Assembly: GCA_964188305.1 (NCBI GenBank)
Contig: OZ076888.1
Source of the DNA: Podarcis bocagei
Taxonomy: Eukaryota
DNA: 64,000 bases
Reading direction: 5' to 3' (one strand)
Part shown: in pieces, positions 62,481 to 64,000 of the stretch
Numbering within the stretch: position 1 is the first letter of the stretch
Layout of the letters: each line of letters starts with the position of its first letter
The notes under the pieces: model-generated
What the model was told of the DNA's origin: nothing
What the model saw: only the letters and a program-made list of their open reading frames with translations
Database searches by the model: none
Made by a program: the position numbers and the translations under genes

Positions 62481-63868
62481 ACAAATGTACATTGTGGCTC
62501 CACCAAGTAAAATTTGCTCTCACTTACTAAAATTGGCCCCTACTGATCAATCAATTAAAACTTCAGTTGATTAACTTAGAAATGCTACTGCTCAAAACTT
62601 GCAGTTCTAGTGAATATATTACATGGATTAGTAAAATGTAAGTATGACTAGACAGATAAATGTAATCAGTACTTCTAATCCCTTCAAGAACATCCATCGC
62701 TACCGTAACCCTGCCTAGCCTTGCTCAATAATTAGTGTAAAAGAGGGCTATGCAGACAAACAAGAGTAGATCCAGATGGGAAAAGGAAGGATGATGCTTT
62801 AACAACAGCTAAAGAAGCTACTACTTTCACTGCTAAGCAGATTCAGAGAGAGACTGCTTTCATGCAACATATTTGCTCCATAGTTACAGCAATCTAAGGG
62901 GGGAAACGTCTCATGCGCATGTAATTTCTGAGTTAGCCCTAAGCCTAAATCTTAACATTTTATTGTGGATCATCTAGGTCATAACATTCTATCAAAACTC
63001 TGCTTGCTATTCTGGTGAAGATAAATTCTTTTGCCCTATATTTAGTAAGAATCTAGCCAGCAGTCAAACTACAGCACTCTGAAACATATTTTACCCACCT
63101 CACTTTTTGTTAATTTTGCCTGCAACATATGCAATAATCAAACGAGAAAAGGTATCAGTTTTGCCAACAGTCTGCCTTGAAAAGATCAATGGTGCAATCT
63201 TAAGCATATATCTTCAGAAGTAAGTCCCACTGTGTACATATTTGCTACACACTCACCTGGGAGTAAGTCCCATTAAATTGAGCAAAACTTACTTTTGAGT
63301 AGATGTGCATCGGCTTGTGTGGCAAGTGTTACAGGCAGTTCTTGTTTTTAAATGACCCTGTCCTATGCTTCGCAAACCCTGGACAAAATCAAGTCATGCC
63401 CACTGTACAGCCTGTAGAAAGCAACCTGACTTCAGAGGACAGCAAACTCAAAACTAGTGATACCCACATACTGCATGGGGATTGGGATGTACCAAGTCCT
63501 CTTGACTGAAATCACTTAAATGCAAAAAGAAAATATTTTTAAAGACAAATTACCAGAATGTCTGGATGGATCCTATGATAAGTTAACTTAAGGAAACTAG
63601 GAATAAAAGTTTCCTGTCTCCTCTGCCCCACTTCGCCCCATCCCAGAAATGCAGGTGGCTGAAGCAGGAAGAAGAGGATAGGAAACTCTTCCTCCTAGCT
63701 AGCAGTGGGCAAAACAGAACCAGCACAGGGTGTGATCTAGGGAGAATCTCAAGGACCACATAAACAGGCTGGGAGCCACATTTGGCCCTCCAAGGTCCCC
63801 CAACCCTGTTCTAATGTTCTGAGTTGCAGACAGCAGCCAAGTTAGAACTTTCATATTTAGAGTTATCA

Positions 63869-63928
63869 TATATCTATATCTATATCTATATCTATATCTA
63901 TATCTATATCTATATCTATATCTATATC
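63869..63928. repeat. (TATATC)10 hexamer microsatellite
   Basis: Read directly from sequence. Confidence 0.96.
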
Positions 63929-64000
63929 TTTATTCTGGTAGGGCTTCTGTGCTTTTGAAAGAGAAGCATAGCCAGCAAATGAAGCAGTTCCCTTTTCTGA

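Overview
Vertebrate genomic DNA. The SINE/MITE repertoire points to a squamate, probably a lizard (inference). The window holds the conserved PBLD-ATOH7-MYPN block: (i) the last two coding exons of PBLD on + (68-130, 1156-1268); (ii) the single-exon retinal bHLH gene ATOH7 on + (13255-13701), with an E-box/TATA promoter at ~12460-12655; (iii) the complete myopalladin (MYPN) coding region on - (ATG 59683 to stop 22449), convergent with ATOH7. I reconstructed MYPN by hand as 19 exons matching the canonical structure (1325 aa) plus one extra in-frame 93-nt palladin-like exon (1356 aa with it); all junctions are GT-AG and phase-compatible. Exon numbers follow the human convention; the non-coding exon 1 was not located. 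Introns and intergenic DNA contain solo LTRs, hAT and Tc1/mariner MITEs (several nested), tRNA-head SINEs, CR1/L2 fragments and microsatellites. Best leads: the palladin-type MYPN cassette exon with a downstream (UG)25/YGCY splicing module; a probable CAA>TAA change that clips the ATOH7 C-terminus; a perfect 35-bp-arm hairpin with template-switch scars; a highly base-paired RNA domain inside a solo LTR; and two inverted hAT copies bracketing MYPN exons 3-12. Comparisons to orthologs are from memory and no database searches were run. Nothing here is proven to be a wholly new system.
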